Source: an uncultured virus (IMG/VR IMGVR_UViG_3300010885_079087)
Lineage: Duplodnaviria > Heunggongvirae > Uroviricota > Caudoviricetes
Direction: 5' to 3' (one strand)
IMG/VR virus record: IMGVR_UViG_3300010885_079087
Length of the DNA stretch: 64,000 nt
The translations under genes were made by a program, and so were the position numbers. Below, in pieces: positions 28,145 through 38,515 of this stretch. Positions within the stretch are counted from its first letter, which is position 1, and every line of letters starts with the position of its first letter. The notes below the pieces were generated by a model. That model made no database searches and was not told the DNA's origin. It worked only from the letters and a program-made list of their open reading frames with translations.

Positions 28145-28688
28145 TGACTATAACCAAATAAATCTTTTAGTTGAAAAGGCTAAAGCTAATGATGATAAAG
28201 CATTGTGGGATTTGTTTGATTTTTATACTCCTATAGTTAATTCAACAATATCGAAAGTTAATAGTCGTTATAAACTTATAGATAAAGATGATTTGTTTAC
28301 TGAATGTGCTTTAATTTTCAAAGACCTATGCGAAAAATATGACAAAGACAAAAGCTACTTTACATACTACATTGAAACCAGAATGCAGCCTTATTTAATA
28401 GCTAAAGTAAAATCAAAATATATCGATAAAGTTTCTACTGTAAGTTTTGAAGATTATCATGAATTAGAGTATTATGAAGAGCCCTTTAAAATTGAAGACC
28501 ATTCAGAGCTTATTGAAGAAATTGAAAAAATGCCAAAAGATATGAAACATGTTATAGATTTATTTTATTTCAAAAATTTGAATCAAAATGAATGTGCAGC
28601 CATAATGAATATTTCTCAGCCAGCTTTTAATAAAAAATTAAAGAGGTCAATTGACTATTTGAAAAGAAATTTATCAAAAGAGTTATAA
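28134..28688 (+). CDS. Sigma-70 family sigma factor (regions 2 and 4)
   Basis: AKANDDKAL..LF..Y, DDLFTE, YD.DKSYFTYY, LNQNECA..MNISQPA. Confidence 0.85.
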   Translation: MLNDDYNQINLLVEKAKANDDKALWDLFDFYTPIVNSTISKVNSRYKLIDKDDLFTECALIFKDLCEKYDKDKSYFTYYIETRMQPYLIAKVKSKYIDKVSTVSFEDYHELEYYEEPFKIEDHSELIEEIEKMPKDMKHVIDLFYFKNLNQNECAAIMNISQPAFNKKLKRSIDYLKRNLSKEL

Positions 28689-28727
28689 AAAACTCTGTAA
28701 AAAATTACTATTATTAAAGAGGTTTCC

Positions 28728-29444
28728 ATGATTTCAAACGATTCAGACATTTTAATTAATTGGACAAGATCCAATGCCGCAAACGACAATCTTCAACTCA
28801 GAACTATACAATCAAGAATCAGACCTTATCTTGAGCGTAAATCAATGAAGAATTCAGAAATCGAAGAAATTTTGCTTGCTGAAGGATATAAAGAAAACTT
28901 AATCAAAGAGGCTCTTAGGTTAGCTTCTTCGACAGGTGACGATGATAAAGTAGTTAAAGAAGCATTTGTTGGGATCCCAAAAACTTATGGCGATTTAGCT
29001 CCGAAGTTTGAAGCTGTGTTGGCTGCTAAAGGGCCTACTAGATTTGTTAAAATGTTGACTGAAGGTCAAAGCCCTATTGTTAAACTTTCGCGAAAAGAAC
29101 TTGATAGTTTTCATAAAATTGCAGATAAGGCTTTTGATAATCCTATGGAATTGCCTGTACTACATGCGTTTTTGAAGCCATCTGTTATTTCAGAATTAGC
29201 TGAAAACGTATGCAGAGCAAGAAAAATTAGACAAAATTGCAAAGTAGCAGAAACAAAAGAGGGTTACAAAATTGCTCATAAAAACAAAACTATTGTTGCA
29301 TCAGCTAAGCCAATAAGCTCAACAAGTGAAAAATTTGCAAGTGGCAATTACGAAGCTTTTGGTTTCCCTGATGAATACGTTATAATTGCACATGAAGAAG
29401 CATCTCCGTATTCTCAAATTCAAAAAGATTTGCAAAAGTTTTAA
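28728..29444 (+). CDS. Hypothetical protein
   Basis: SD GAGG plus 238 aa ORF. Confidence 0.6.
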   Translation: MISNDSDILINWTRSNAANDNLQLRTIQSRIRPYLERKSMKNSEIEEILLAEGYKENLIKEALRLASSTGDDDKVVKEAFVGIPKTYGDLAPKFEAVLAAKGPTRFVKMLTEGQSPIVKLSRKELDSFHKIADKAFDNPMELPVLHAFLKPSVISELAENVCRARKIRQNCKVAETKEGYKIAHKNKTIVASAKPISSTSEKFASGNYEAFGFPDEYVIIAHEEASPYSQIQKDLQKF

Positions 29445-29469
29445 TTTTTAAAACTTGTACAAAATCAAC

Positions 29470-30174
29470 ATGTCATCAGAAACAAACTTAGAGAAAAATA
29501 TCACAGAAGCCATTATTGATAATATTATTTTAGACAAAGATAGTACCGATAATGATTCTAATATGATATTATTTAGCGCTCTTAGAGCAGATGCCACTCC
29601 AGTTGTACCATTTACATACCCAAAACCTGGTATAGAATATCCTCAGTTTTTTTCTGCTAAATGCGCAATTTGCAACAGTCCACATAGGCAACTTTTAGAA
29701 CATGTATATATAGACAGCAACAAGAAAATACTCACTGTTCAAAAGTTTTTTGAAAGACATTTTCAGGCTAGATTGAATTGGTCGCAGATAAAACAACACG
29801 TTAAGCATCATTGTGATTTTAATAGCATTGAATATCCTGGAATGCTTGACTATGAATCTCGTGAAGAAGAGTTTGACAAATGGAAGTATAATGAACATGA
29901 ATTAGCGTTCAGAATTACACTTACAGAATTAAATGATGTAAGAGGTCTGAATGCCAAATCCATGGATGAGGTGCTGAAAAGATCTGCAATGATTGATAAG
30001 CTAACAAAAAACTTGCTTACAATCAAAGAAAAAAGAGATAGCAAAAGCTTTACCAACCTGCCAAGCGTTTTTGAGGTGCTTCTAGAGGTACATAATTCAA
30101 TGGTCGATGATGAAGACAAAAGAATTATTAGAGAAAAAGTTAAAGAGCTCAAACAAAAAATGGATTTAAAGTAA
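29470..30174 (+). CDS. Putative terminase small subunit (Zn finger plus helical)
   Basis: CAIC...HVKHH; directly upstream of TerL; ATG 29470 preferred. Confidence 0.45.
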   Translation: MSSETNLEKNITEAIIDNIILDKDSTDNDSNMILFSALRADATPVVPFTYPKPGIEYPQFFSAKCAICNSPHRQLLEHVYIDSNKKILTVQKFFERHFQARLNWSQIKQHVKHHCDFNSIEYPGMLDYESREEEFDKWKYNEHELAFRITLTELNDVRGLNAKSMDEVLKRSAMIDKLTKNLLTIKEKRDSKSFTNLPSVFEVLLEVHNSMVDDEDKRIIREKVKELKQKMDLK

Positions 30175-30177
30175 AAT

Positions 30178-32280
30178 ATGGATAAAAGACAACAAAGAAT
30201 CCTTATTGAACAAAAAGAAAAATTAGCGCGTGATGCGGCTAAATTAGAGCAACTTTGGGCTGGATTGGATGGTGAAGAAGTAGTAGTTCCTACGTATACT
30301 TCAAGATATGAAGTCCCACCACCAGAACCTAAAGACAAAACTAAATACAATAAACATAATCTTGTTGACATAGAAACATTTATTAAACATCCTTATTTTT
30401 TAGATTTGAAACCATATCCATGGCAAATATTAGCGCTCAAATTGTTTTATGCTGGGTCAGAAGGGAATACAGTATTAGAGATAAATGATAGCAAAAAAGA
30501 AGAAACTACTGGTTGCGATAGTTGTGTTTGGAAATATATTGTTGATAATGAAATTGCTTCTGCGGAACAAATAGAGGCAGAAGAAAATTTTCAAACTTAT
30601 TTGAAACCTTTCAATTCTAGATGTTTAAAGTGCTCAAGATGCCCTTTGAAAACAAGACTCACTAGATTGAATTATGAAATTGACAACGCATCCGACATAG
30701 ACACTGAAAACTTGTTGAGAGAAATAGTTGAAAACGAACCTGACGATTTATTTCAATCAGAAATTGATTTGATTGATGAAATTCCTGATGAAGCAGTAAA
30801 ACTTCAAATTAAAAACAAACTTCGAAATAAATTTCAAGAATTAGTTTTAATAATTGGAAGACGGGGTTCAAAATCATTCATGACTGTAACTATAGCCCTT
30901 TATGAACTTTATAGGTTGCTTTCAATGAAACATCCACAAAAAATTCTCAATCTACCAGATTTTATGGAAATTCATATGCTTAACGTAGCTAAAAATGAGG
31001 AGCAGGCAAAAGACTCTATTTTTACTCCAATGAAAAGTATGGCTGTTTCTTCGCCATTTTTTCAAAAATACATTGGTGTGGATAATGCTCTTGAAATGAA
31101 ATTCAAAACAGAAAAAGATTTAGAAGAAAACGAACGAAGAAAAGCCAAAGGATATGCTGAACTCGATGGCACTATAGTTATGAAATGCGGTAATGCATCT
31201 GCTGGAGGTTTGGTTGGTAAAACTTGTTGGTGCATTATTTTGGATGAGTTGGCTGCAATGACCGGAGACAATCCAAACTCTGGGTTAGATAAAAAACTCT
31301 ATGATGAACTTACACCTTCGATTGCCACATTCGGTAAGGAAGGAAAGATTATTTCTCTTTCTAACCCCAAAGGCCCATTCGGTCAATTATTTACTCTTTA
31401 CAATACTAGGCTTGAAGACAAGATGACACTTGTTCTAAAATTGCCCACTTGGCACATCAATGCCAATATTGATAAATTATGGCTAGAAGATAAACGCAAA
31501 AATGACCCTGTGGAATTTAATATGCAATTTGGAGCTGAGTTTGGCAACAACTCGCAAGACCCTTATCTATCTTCAGATGATGTAAACTATGCCTTTGATA
31601 ATTGTGAACAAATCAAAAGATTAGAAGAAAGAGAACCTGGCGCGGAATATTATTGCCATGTTGATCCTTCAAATAGATCGGATTACTATGCTATTGCAGT
31701 GGTTCAAGCTATTCCTACTGGCGATAGAGATATCCAAGGAAAGGCAGTGAAATCTTTCAGAGTAGTACATTTACAGTTTTGGGCTCCTCTTAAAATGAAA
31801 CAACCTGTGCCTGTAAGAGAAGTGGAAGAATATTTGATGCAATTAAATTCTAAATTTAAATTCAAACAAATTTCATTTGACCAATGGGGTTCTCTTGAAA
31901 CATTAGAAAAACTAAAAGCGAATGGCCTTCCTGTTGTGCTGAAAGTTTTTAATAAAGAATATAAGGATAAAATCTATCTTAAATTACTTGAGGTGTTCAG
32001 AGATAAACGAATAACATTTTATAAGATTTCTTCGGGACAAGTGAGAGATCTTAACAACAAAATAATGGATATAAATGAAATTCCTGAGGCTAGAAACCAA
32101 TTTATGTTCTTGCAGAAAAAATGGAGAAACGGCAGACAACAAATAGAAGCTTTAACAGGATATAAAGACGACATTTGCGATGCAGTAGCAGCAGCAGTGT
32201 ATGAAGCTGATGCAGATATAATTGCTTATAAATCTTTGCCTAGAGCAAGAATTGCTTACACTGGGAGAGGACTTAGGTAA
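30178..32280 (+). CDS. Terminase large subunit
   Basis: PYPWQ, IGRRGSKS, IILDE, LSNPKG, HVDPS, FDQW, KDDICDA. Confidence 0.9.
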   Translation: MDKRQQRILIEQKEKLARDAAKLEQLWAGLDGEEVVVPTYTSRYEVPPPEPKDKTKYNKHNLVDIETFIKHPYFLDLKPYPWQILALKLFYAGSEGNTVLEINDSKKEETTGCDSCVWKYIVDNEIASAEQIEAEENFQTYLKPFNSRCLKCSRCPLKTRLTRLNYEIDNASDIDTENLLREIVENEPDDLFQSEIDLIDEIPDEAVKLQIKNKLRNKFQELVLIIGRRGSKSFMTVTIALYELYRLLSMKHPQKILNLPDFMEIHMLNVAKNEEQAKDSIFTPMKSMAVSSPFFQKYIGVDNALEMKFKTEKDLEENERRKAKGYAELDGTIVMKCGNASAGGLVGKTCWCIILDELAAMTGDNPNSGLDKKLYDELTPSIATFGKEGKIISLSNPKGPFGQLFTLYNTRLEDKMTLVLKLPTWHINANIDKLWLEDKRKNDPVEFNMQFGAEFGNNSQDPYLSSDDVNYAFDNCEQIKRLEEREPGAEYYCHVDPSNRSDYYAIAVVQAIPTGDRDIQGKAVKSFRVVHLQFWAPLKMKQPVPVREVEEYLMQLNSKFKFKQISFDQWGSLETLEKLKANGLPVVLKVFNKEYKDKIYLKLLEVFRDKRITFYKISSGQVRDLNNKIMDINEIPEARNQFMFLQKKWRNGRQQIEALTGYKDDICDAVAAAVYEADADIIAYKSLPRARIAYTGRGLR

Positions 32281-32302
32281 AACTCTGTGTTTTCAAGAAA
32301 AT
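32275..32302 (+). promoter_or_regulatory. SigH-like (late) promoter
   Basis: AGGT-N18-GAAAAT just upstream of ATG 32310. Confidence 0.55.
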
Positions 32303-32309
32303 AAAAGTA

Positions 32310-33323
32310 ATGAGTATACGACTTGGTCAGTTTGGTGGTGTGGGAGGTCAATATGCTCCAAATGCTCCTGGTGGTTCACCTATGTTTCAAGGTGGTCAAA
32401 GCGGATATGCAGGATATGCTCAAAATAATTTTTCTGGGGATGTTCCTATGGATGATCTAATGGGAAGATATAGAAAGCCTGAAATATTAGGTTTTGAAAG
32501 ACCTTTAGAATCTTTATTAGAAATTTTTCATGATAATATGGAGCAAGATGCAATTCCTTATTTGCTAGATTTTGATGAAAGAGTTAAGCTTAACAGAAAA
32601 CTAAAGATTAGAACAAAAGAACAATACATTAAAGATCTTGCTGATGGAAAATTTTTACCTGAACACCACAAAAAAATTGAAGAAAAACTTAGAACAGTAG
32701 AGCAAATGCTTGCTGATGCAAGACAAAATGATAATGTGGATTTTTCAAAATTAGCAGCGGCAAAATTTGCAGCTTATAGAAGAAGACCTGGGACATTGCC
32801 ATTAGTAGATGAGATTTTGCCTACAGAAGAAGAATATAAAGACTCATATGATAATCAATTAGCTGATGCCAGATTGTCTGAACCATTTACAGGAATTGCT
32901 CCTGTTTATGAATTCGGTGAAGGAGTGGATAGTTACATAAATAAGCTAAATAATCAAAATTTTCCAGATAATCATAACATGCAGGATTCCACTTTGCTTA
33001 TAAACTTCCCAGAAGAATCGCAAACTTTTCATGATTACCAAGGCACTTTGAATCCTGAGCCATCACCGATCACCCCTGAATCAAAAATCAACAATACAAA
33101 TTTGGAGGGTAAACTGGAAAAACTTAAGGCTTCGCCTAAAGGCATAGGTAGATTAGACCCGGATATGTTTTACGGTTTAGATTGGGACGAAAAACTTAGA
33201 GGCAGATATCCACAAAGAGGTGTGACCAATGAAGGGCCATACACCAACGATACAATGGGTGGATACTCAACAAATGACTATCCGTTCAACAGTAACAATC
33301 CATATTTCGGGGTGATAGATTGA
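32310..33323 (+). CDS. Putative virion/head protein
   Basis: Gly-rich N-terminus; located in the head block. Confidence 0.5.
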   Translation: MSIRLGQFGGVGGQYAPNAPGGSPMFQGGQSGYAGYAQNNFSGDVPMDDLMGRYRKPEILGFERPLESLLEIFHDNMEQDAIPYLLDFDERVKLNRKLKIRTKEQYIKDLADGKFLPEHHKKIEEKLRTVEQMLADARQNDNVDFSKLAAAKFAAYRRRPGTLPLVDEILPTEEEYKDSYDNQLADARLSEPFTGIAPVYEFGEGVDSYINKLNNQNFPDNHNMQDSTLLINFPEESQTFHDYQGTLNPEPSPITPESKINNTNLEGKLEKLKASPKGIGRLDPDMFYGLDWDEKLRGRYPQRGVTNEGPYTNDTMGGYSTNDYPFNSNNPYFGVID

Positions 33324-33760
33324 GAAATATTTTTAAAACAATTGATTTACTTGAAAGCAATGGATTCTATAGAATAGCTGATGATTTTCAGAATCAATTA
33401 ATAAAAATAGCTGCATGGCCATATAATCTTACTTCTCTTGATGAATTACCTTTAGGGGCTAGGAATGTTTCTTATCAAGACAATGAAGAAGATTATACCG
33501 AATATGATAGAAAGTTTTTTGACGAATTTAAGCAAAGAAATCCTGACTACAGAGCATTAAAGACCGATGATGATGAGAAATTCAATGTGGAAGGAAAAAT
33601 GCATGGCCCTGATTCAATTCCTGGCCCAGCATATGTAGAACCCACTTGGATGTCATCGTCGCCTTCAATGAATGGAAGTTTGGATTATTTTACTTGGGAA
33701 GAAGCAAGAGATTCAAATCAAGGCCCAGAATATTGGAAAAATCTCAGACCTAGAGGTTAA
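33320..33760 (+). CDS. Putative internal head protein with helical tag
   Basis: LLESNGFYRIADDFQNQLIKIAA. Confidence 0.55.
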   Translation: MRNIFKTIDLLESNGFYRIADDFQNQLIKIAAWPYNLTSLDELPLGARNVSYQDNEEDYTEYDRKFFDEFKQRNPDYRALKTDDDEKFNVEGKMHGPDSIPGPAYVEPTWMSSSPSMNGSLDYFTWEEARDSNQGPEYWKNLRPRG

Positions 33761-33786
33761 TTTAAAAAAAAAGAGAAAAAATAATT

Positions 33787-34233
33787 ATGCCACAGCCAAT
33801 TATACCTATTCATCAACAAGAAAAACTTTCAATTACTTTTGGTGATTCAACACAACCAGAGTTTCAACTGTCAGAAATACAGTCGATTCTTTTGCAGGCT
33901 ACCTCAGCTAAGCCTAATACCAAATATTCTATGAATGCAATTGCTGCACTACAAGAGATTGACAAAAACACCGATTTAATTGTCACCGCTGTGTCTGAAT
34001 CAAATGAAAAATATTGTTCAGTTCCTAATCAAATTGATGATAACACAATGCTTGCATTGAAAGCCGAAGGTTTAATTTCTGGACATGGAAGATCTGTAAA
34101 AATTACTGAAAGAGGCAGAACTGCGCTTAGAGATTCATATTTGCAATCAAAAAATGCTTTGAAAGAAAATCGCGCTTCTGATAAATTTGATTACAAATCT
34201 TTCTCGCGAATTGCTGAAAAAAGAGGTAAATGA
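33787..34233 (+). CDS. Winged-helix-like hypothetical protein
   Basis: LKAEGLISGHGRSVKITERG; SigH-like promoter at 33754. Confidence 0.5.
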   Translation: MPQPIIPIHQQEKLSITFGDSTQPEFQLSEIQSILLQATSAKPNTKYSMNAIAALQEIDKNTDLIVTAVSESNEKYCSVPNQIDDNTMLALKAEGLISGHGRSVKITERGRTALRDSYLQSKNALKENRASDKFDYKSFSRIAEKRGK

Positions 34234-36974
34234 TGATTAACAAGATTGTGAATGATAAAGAATCCTTAGAATTGCTAATGAAATATGCATTTTCTCAGTC
34301 AAAAGCTAAAAAAACATCTGAAATTTTTGAAAATTTTTTAAAAATAGCTCAAGCAAATGAAAATGAATTGCAAAAATTTCAAGATTCTGTAAAATATCAG
34401 GCTTCCTATGGCAACGTCAATGATTTGATAAAAGATTTTGAACGATTGAAATATATTGATGTTTTTATGAACTTTTTTCTTAAATTAGATAACGAAAAAA
34501 AGAAAAGTAAGACTTCTGATATAATGACTACATATTTTGCAGATCAAGACAAAAAAGAAAAATGGTTTAAAACACTATTTAATACAGCCAAAGAAATAAA
34601 AGAAACAGGTGGGTCGTTTAGTTTACAAACATTTTTAATTGGGCTATACAATAGGTTTTTTGAGAGTAAACAAACTGATAAAAATTTAACAGGTGTTGAC
34701 GACTATGTATTTGACACACCAGACCTACAAGAAGATGATAGAATAAAACAAATAGACGAAAATTTAAGTAAAGATCCAGAAACTTTAGAAAAAGAAAAAA
34801 AACTTCAAGAATTAAAAAATGATCTCCCTAGATTGTTTGAAGAAGCAAAAAATCAAAAAAGATATTATATCAGTTATGTTTACGAACTGTTCAAATATAA
34901 TATCGAAGAACTTGAAAAAGATCTACATGCATTCGAAGACAAAATAAGTTCTGGCGAGCTGGAAAATGAATTTGAAAATAATCCAAAAGAATTTTTGGCC
35001 AAGTATAATAAAAAGTATAATCGACCGCAAGATGATCAATTTCAATCTCTAGGAGACGTGATTAAAGCTGAAACAGCTTTTTTTGAAGCAAATAGGGATG
35101 CTTTAATAGAAAATATTACAAAATTTGTTGAAAGAGCTCAAACAGAAGCTCCAGCTATAAGCAAAATTTTCCCACAGGATGGGGCTGTAGAAGCACAATA
35201 CCCTTATTCTATAGAAACAGTAGAAGAACAAGCAAATAAAAATATAGAACACGTAAATTTAGATCAACTAGTTAATTCTATTGTTAACAATCCGTATTAC
35301 GTTCTTCCATCAGGTTATGAAAACGTTAAAGTATTTTCAAACAAATTGTTCGGAGATGACATTTTTTTAAAAGAATTTATAAAAGCGCAAATGCAGGGAA
35401 TAATTTATGATGAAACATTCAAGGAAATGAATGTTAGTCAACCCTCTCCTAAACAATATGCTGAAGATAGAAACAGAAATCAGGGAGGAATGATAATTTT
35501 GTCTGCACCAAGATTTTCTGCTTGGCTTTTAAAGCAAAAAAGTGAATACTTGGCAGAATTAGCTAAAAAAAGAATGGGCGGAGAATATTCCACTGAAACT
35601 TTTGTTGATATGATCAATACAAAAATAGACGATGCTTTAGGGATCATAACTCTTGATAGCGTTACAGGGGAATACACCAGAACTCCTGGCGATGAAATAA
35701 GAGGCAAAATAAATGATCCATTTTACAACTGGGCTGGCCAAATAGCTTTTGTTTCTGCTTTTTTTGATGCTGAGGTACAAGTTGTTGCAGATCTTTTAAA
35801 GCAACGTGATAATTTAACTGATGACGAAGCAAAAAACAATGCTATTAAAAAACTTTCTGGAGAACCTGAAATAATTTTCAGAAAGTTACAAAAATGGGTA
35901 AGCGAATCACCAGGCAGAGTTAAAAGTTTAAAAAACTTTTTTAACCTGAAATCACAAGAGTCCAAAACCTTGATTGAAGAAAACCTCGGTAAAAACATGC
36001 AACAGGTTTTGCGTGAATTTCAGTTTAGTGAAGAAGAAATCAAAAATGCTGAAAACGAAATTGTTGAAATTGTACACCAAAGATTATTTCCTGAAGAAAT
36101 GTCAACAGTTCCTTTGGTGAGGTTTTATTCAAAAGCTGAAAAAGATTTTGACGAAGGAGACTTTTATGATGCATTAGGAACGCCAACCTTAAGAAATTTA
36201 TCAGATTTTAAGGGCGCAAAAAGATCACCAAAACCAATTCACTTTACAGAACTTTATAAGTCTCAGATTGTCGACAAACTTGAATCGAATATTGATCAAT
36301 TAGTTTTTGAGTTAATAAATAATGGCCTTTCAGTCGATAAACCTCTTAAAGAAATTTATGAAGATTTTGATAACACTGATGCAAATTTAGAAAAGTATAA
36401 ACAATATTTATTAAAAACATTGCAAGACAGTATAAATTTCGACAACAAAACAAAAATAAAATTAGAAAGAGTAATAGTCAATAAAATTGAAGATCTCAAG
36501 AATGGCAAATTTGGAGGGGCTCATGCTAAATCAAGATTTGAAAAAGAAGATACTATGTTTAAAGACTTTGAGACAATTCCTAAAGACGTATATCAAGATC
36601 TGGTAAAAGAAATACTTAAAAATTTACTTTCTAATTATTTAGCAGGTACCACACAACGATTTCAGCAAACAGGAATGCAGTTTGAGGGTGTTGAAGAAGG
36701 ATATGAAAATACTAAAGTGCCATCACCATACGTTCCTGGGGCAAAAGACTTGGCTTTACTGAATGTTTTAAGCGAAGAAATTATTGATAAAATCCAAGAT
36801 ATTAGCAATCAATACGGTGGTAGATTTAAAAAATATCAAGACTGGCAACGGCAACAAAAATCTAATTCTGATATTGATGATGAAATTACGGAAGCCAGCA
36901 CACAAAACACACAAAAGAAAGTAACATCAAAAGTGCTAGACGAAATGATTAAAAAATATGCTTCTAAACGTTAG
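34230..36974 (+). CDS. Large helical putative internal virion protein (914 aa)
   Basis: Helical and acidic; KIAQ motif near the N-terminus. Confidence 0.55.
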   Translation: MMINKIVNDKESLELLMKYAFSQSKAKKTSEIFENFLKIAQANENELQKFQDSVKYQASYGNVNDLIKDFERLKYIDVFMNFFLKLDNEKKKSKTSDIMTTYFADQDKKEKWFKTLFNTAKEIKETGGSFSLQTFLIGLYNRFFESKQTDKNLTGVDDYVFDTPDLQEDDRIKQIDENLSKDPETLEKEKKLQELKNDLPRLFEEAKNQKRYYISYVYELFKYNIEELEKDLHAFEDKISSGELENEFENNPKEFLAKYNKKYNRPQDDQFQSLGDVIKAETAFFEANRDALIENITKFVERAQTEAPAISKIFPQDGAVEAQYPYSIETVEEQANKNIEHVNLDQLVNSIVNNPYYVLPSGYENVKVFSNKLFGDDIFLKEFIKAQMQGIIYDETFKEMNVSQPSPKQYAEDRNRNQGGMIILSAPRFSAWLLKQKSEYLAELAKKRMGGEYSTETFVDMINTKIDDALGIITLDSVTGEYTRTPGDEIRGKINDPFYNWAGQIAFVSAFFDAEVQVVADLLKQRDNLTDDEAKNNAIKKLSGEPEIIFRKLQKWVSESPGRVKSLKNFFNLKSQESKTLIEENLGKNMQQVLREFQFSEEEIKNAENEIVEIVHQRLFPEEMSTVPLVRFYSKAEKDFDEGDFYDALGTPTLRNLSDFKGAKRSPKPIHFTELYKSQIVDKLESNIDQLVFELINNGLSVDKPLKEIYEDFDNTDANLEKYKQYLLKTLQDSINFDNKTKIKLERVIVNKIEDLKNGKFGGAHAKSRFEKEDTMFKDFETIPKDVYQDLVKEILKNLLSNYLAGTTQRFQQTGMQFEGVEEGYENTKVPSPYVPGAKDLALLNVLSEEIIDKIQDISNQYGGRFKKYQDWQRQQKSNSDIDDEITEASTQNTQKKVTSKVLDEMIKKYASKR

Positions 36975-37323
36975 ATTCATTGCAAACACTCCAGACACTT
37001 TATCTAAGGGCTTAATGTTTTCTAAGCCCTTAGATAAAGACGAATGTGCGTTTTTTGTCTTCAAGCATCCTGATGAGTGCAGTTTTTGGAATAAAAATGT
37101 TGATTATGCAATTTGTCTTTTATTTCTTGACGAAAACTTTGAAATAAAGAACATAGGTGAGCTTCAAGCTCATCAAGAAAAACCCTGTAGGTCTGAGTTT
37201 CCTGCGACAAAGTATGTTTTAGAAGGACACTATGACTTACCTAAAGAATTTAATATCAAAGTGGGAGACTTTTGTTTACCACATGAAAATAAAATTAAGT
37301 TAGTTAAAGGTAGAAAAAAATAA
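36958..37323 (+). CDS. DUF192 family protein
   Basis: KGLMF, FWNKNV, LFLD, KYVLE, IKVGD. Confidence 0.8.
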   Translation: MLLNVRFIANTPDTLSKGLMFSKPLDKDECAFFVFKHPDECSFWNKNVDYAICLLFLDENFEIKNIGELQAHQEKPCRSEFPATKYVLEGHYDLPKEFNIKVGDFCLPHENKIKLVKGRKK

Positions 37324-37334
37324 TCTTAGAATTA
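37308..37334 (+). promoter_or_regulatory. SigH-like promoter
   Basis: AGGT-N17-GAATTA, followed by GGAG SD and ATG 37355. Confidence 0.6.
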
Positions 37335-37354
37335 TAAAAATATTGGAGACAAAA

Positions 37355-38515
37355 ATGGCAGATAGAATTTTTCCTAACAACATCAACGTGGACATGGGGT
37401 CAAAAATTCAATTCAGTGGAATTGATTATGACAATGTGCAAAAACTCATGAATAACAATTATCGTGTAGCGCAATCAAGTGAGCAAGAAATTCAAGATCT
37501 TTTGAGGAAGCTTCAAGAAAATGAAGACATGAACACAGAAGATATGGGCGCTGATATAGGCAAACTAGACAGCGACATGGGCAATTTTGACATGGATATG
37601 AAAAATATGGACACTGACATGGAAGACATTGACACTGATATGGACGATATGGATACTGACATAGACAATGTTGACACTGACATGGACGATATGGATACTG
37701 ACATGGACAATGTTGACACTGACATGGGAAATTATGATCTGAGCAAGCCACTAGCTGCATCGTCAAATAAAATCAAAAGAATTGCATTTACTCATCCATC
37801 TCAAATCAGTGCTGAAGCTATTGAAAGAGCTCAAGCTGCAGGTGACGAAAAACTTGTTAAAACTATTCTTGCTGCCAGAAAAGAAAATAGAAAAAGAATC
37901 GCATCTGCAATTGAATCACGTATTGCAAAAGAACAGGAATTGGCCTCAAGAAAAGCTTATAGAAACTCATTAATTAGAGTAGCTCAGGACAATACTTTTT
38001 TCAATCCTGCAGATTTTGACATTTTTGATTTAGATGCTTTAGAACAATTAAACGAGAATAATCCTGGTTTAATTCCAGATGATTACATGCAACAAAGAAG
38101 ACAGGAACAAGATATGGAAACACCAATTAATACAGATATGGGCACTGATATGGGCACCGATAAAATGACAATGTCATTCACATCACCTACAAAATTCACA
38201 AAAGCTCAAAGAGAGTCTTTCAACAAGATTGCAATGAGCCTTGGCATGCCAAAAAGCTACGTTGATGCAATGTGCGCTCCAGTAATTTCTAATGATGTTA
38301 AGAAACTCAGTAAAGAAATAAAAGAAGTGTTTGCTTCAAATGTTTCTGGAAAAGTAAAAACTAGTGTGATTAAATCACTTATTAAAGAAGCTTCACTTTC
38401 ACCAGATTCTAAGCGAGAGTTTATCGACTATTGGAACAATGTTCTTGGTTACCAAGACAAAGATTTCTGGCCATTAGTTGCAGCTGATTATGAAGATGGC
38501 AAAAAGGTGAATTAA
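37355..38515 (+). CDS. Putative head core/scaffold protein with Met/Asp repeats
   Basis: MDTDMDD repeats, RVAQ motifs. Confidence 0.6.
   Translation: MADRIFPNNINVDMGSKIQFSGIDYDNVQKLMNNNYRVAQSSEQEIQDLLRKLQENEDMNTEDMGADIGKLDSDMGNFDMDMKNMDTDMEDIDTDMDDMDTDIDNVDTDMDDMDTDMDNVDTDMGNYDLSKPLAASSNKIKRIAFTHPSQISAEAIERAQAAGDEKLVKTILAARKENRKRIASAIESRIAKEQELASRKAYRNSLIRVAQDNTFFNPADFDIFDLDALEQLNENNPGLIPDDYMQQRRQEQDMETPINTDMGTDMGTDKMTMSFTSPTKFTKAQRESFNKIAMSLGMPKSYVDAMCAPVISNDVKKLSKEIKEVFASNVSGKVKTSVIKSLIKEASLSPDSKREFIDYWNNVLGYQDKDFWPLVAADYEDGKKVN
37530..37730 (+). repeat. Degenerate 21-bp tandem repeat encoding MDTDMDD heptads
   Basis: Repeated gacactgacatggac/gatactgac units. Confidence 0.85.

Noticed and set aside
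855..28688. Bacterial chromosome origin of the replication genes
   Set aside because: Genes are divergent, clustered phage-style and contiguous with terminase, portal and capsid genes
37530..37730. CRISPR array
   Set aside because: Degenerate in-frame 21-bp coding repeats with no unique spacers and no cas genes
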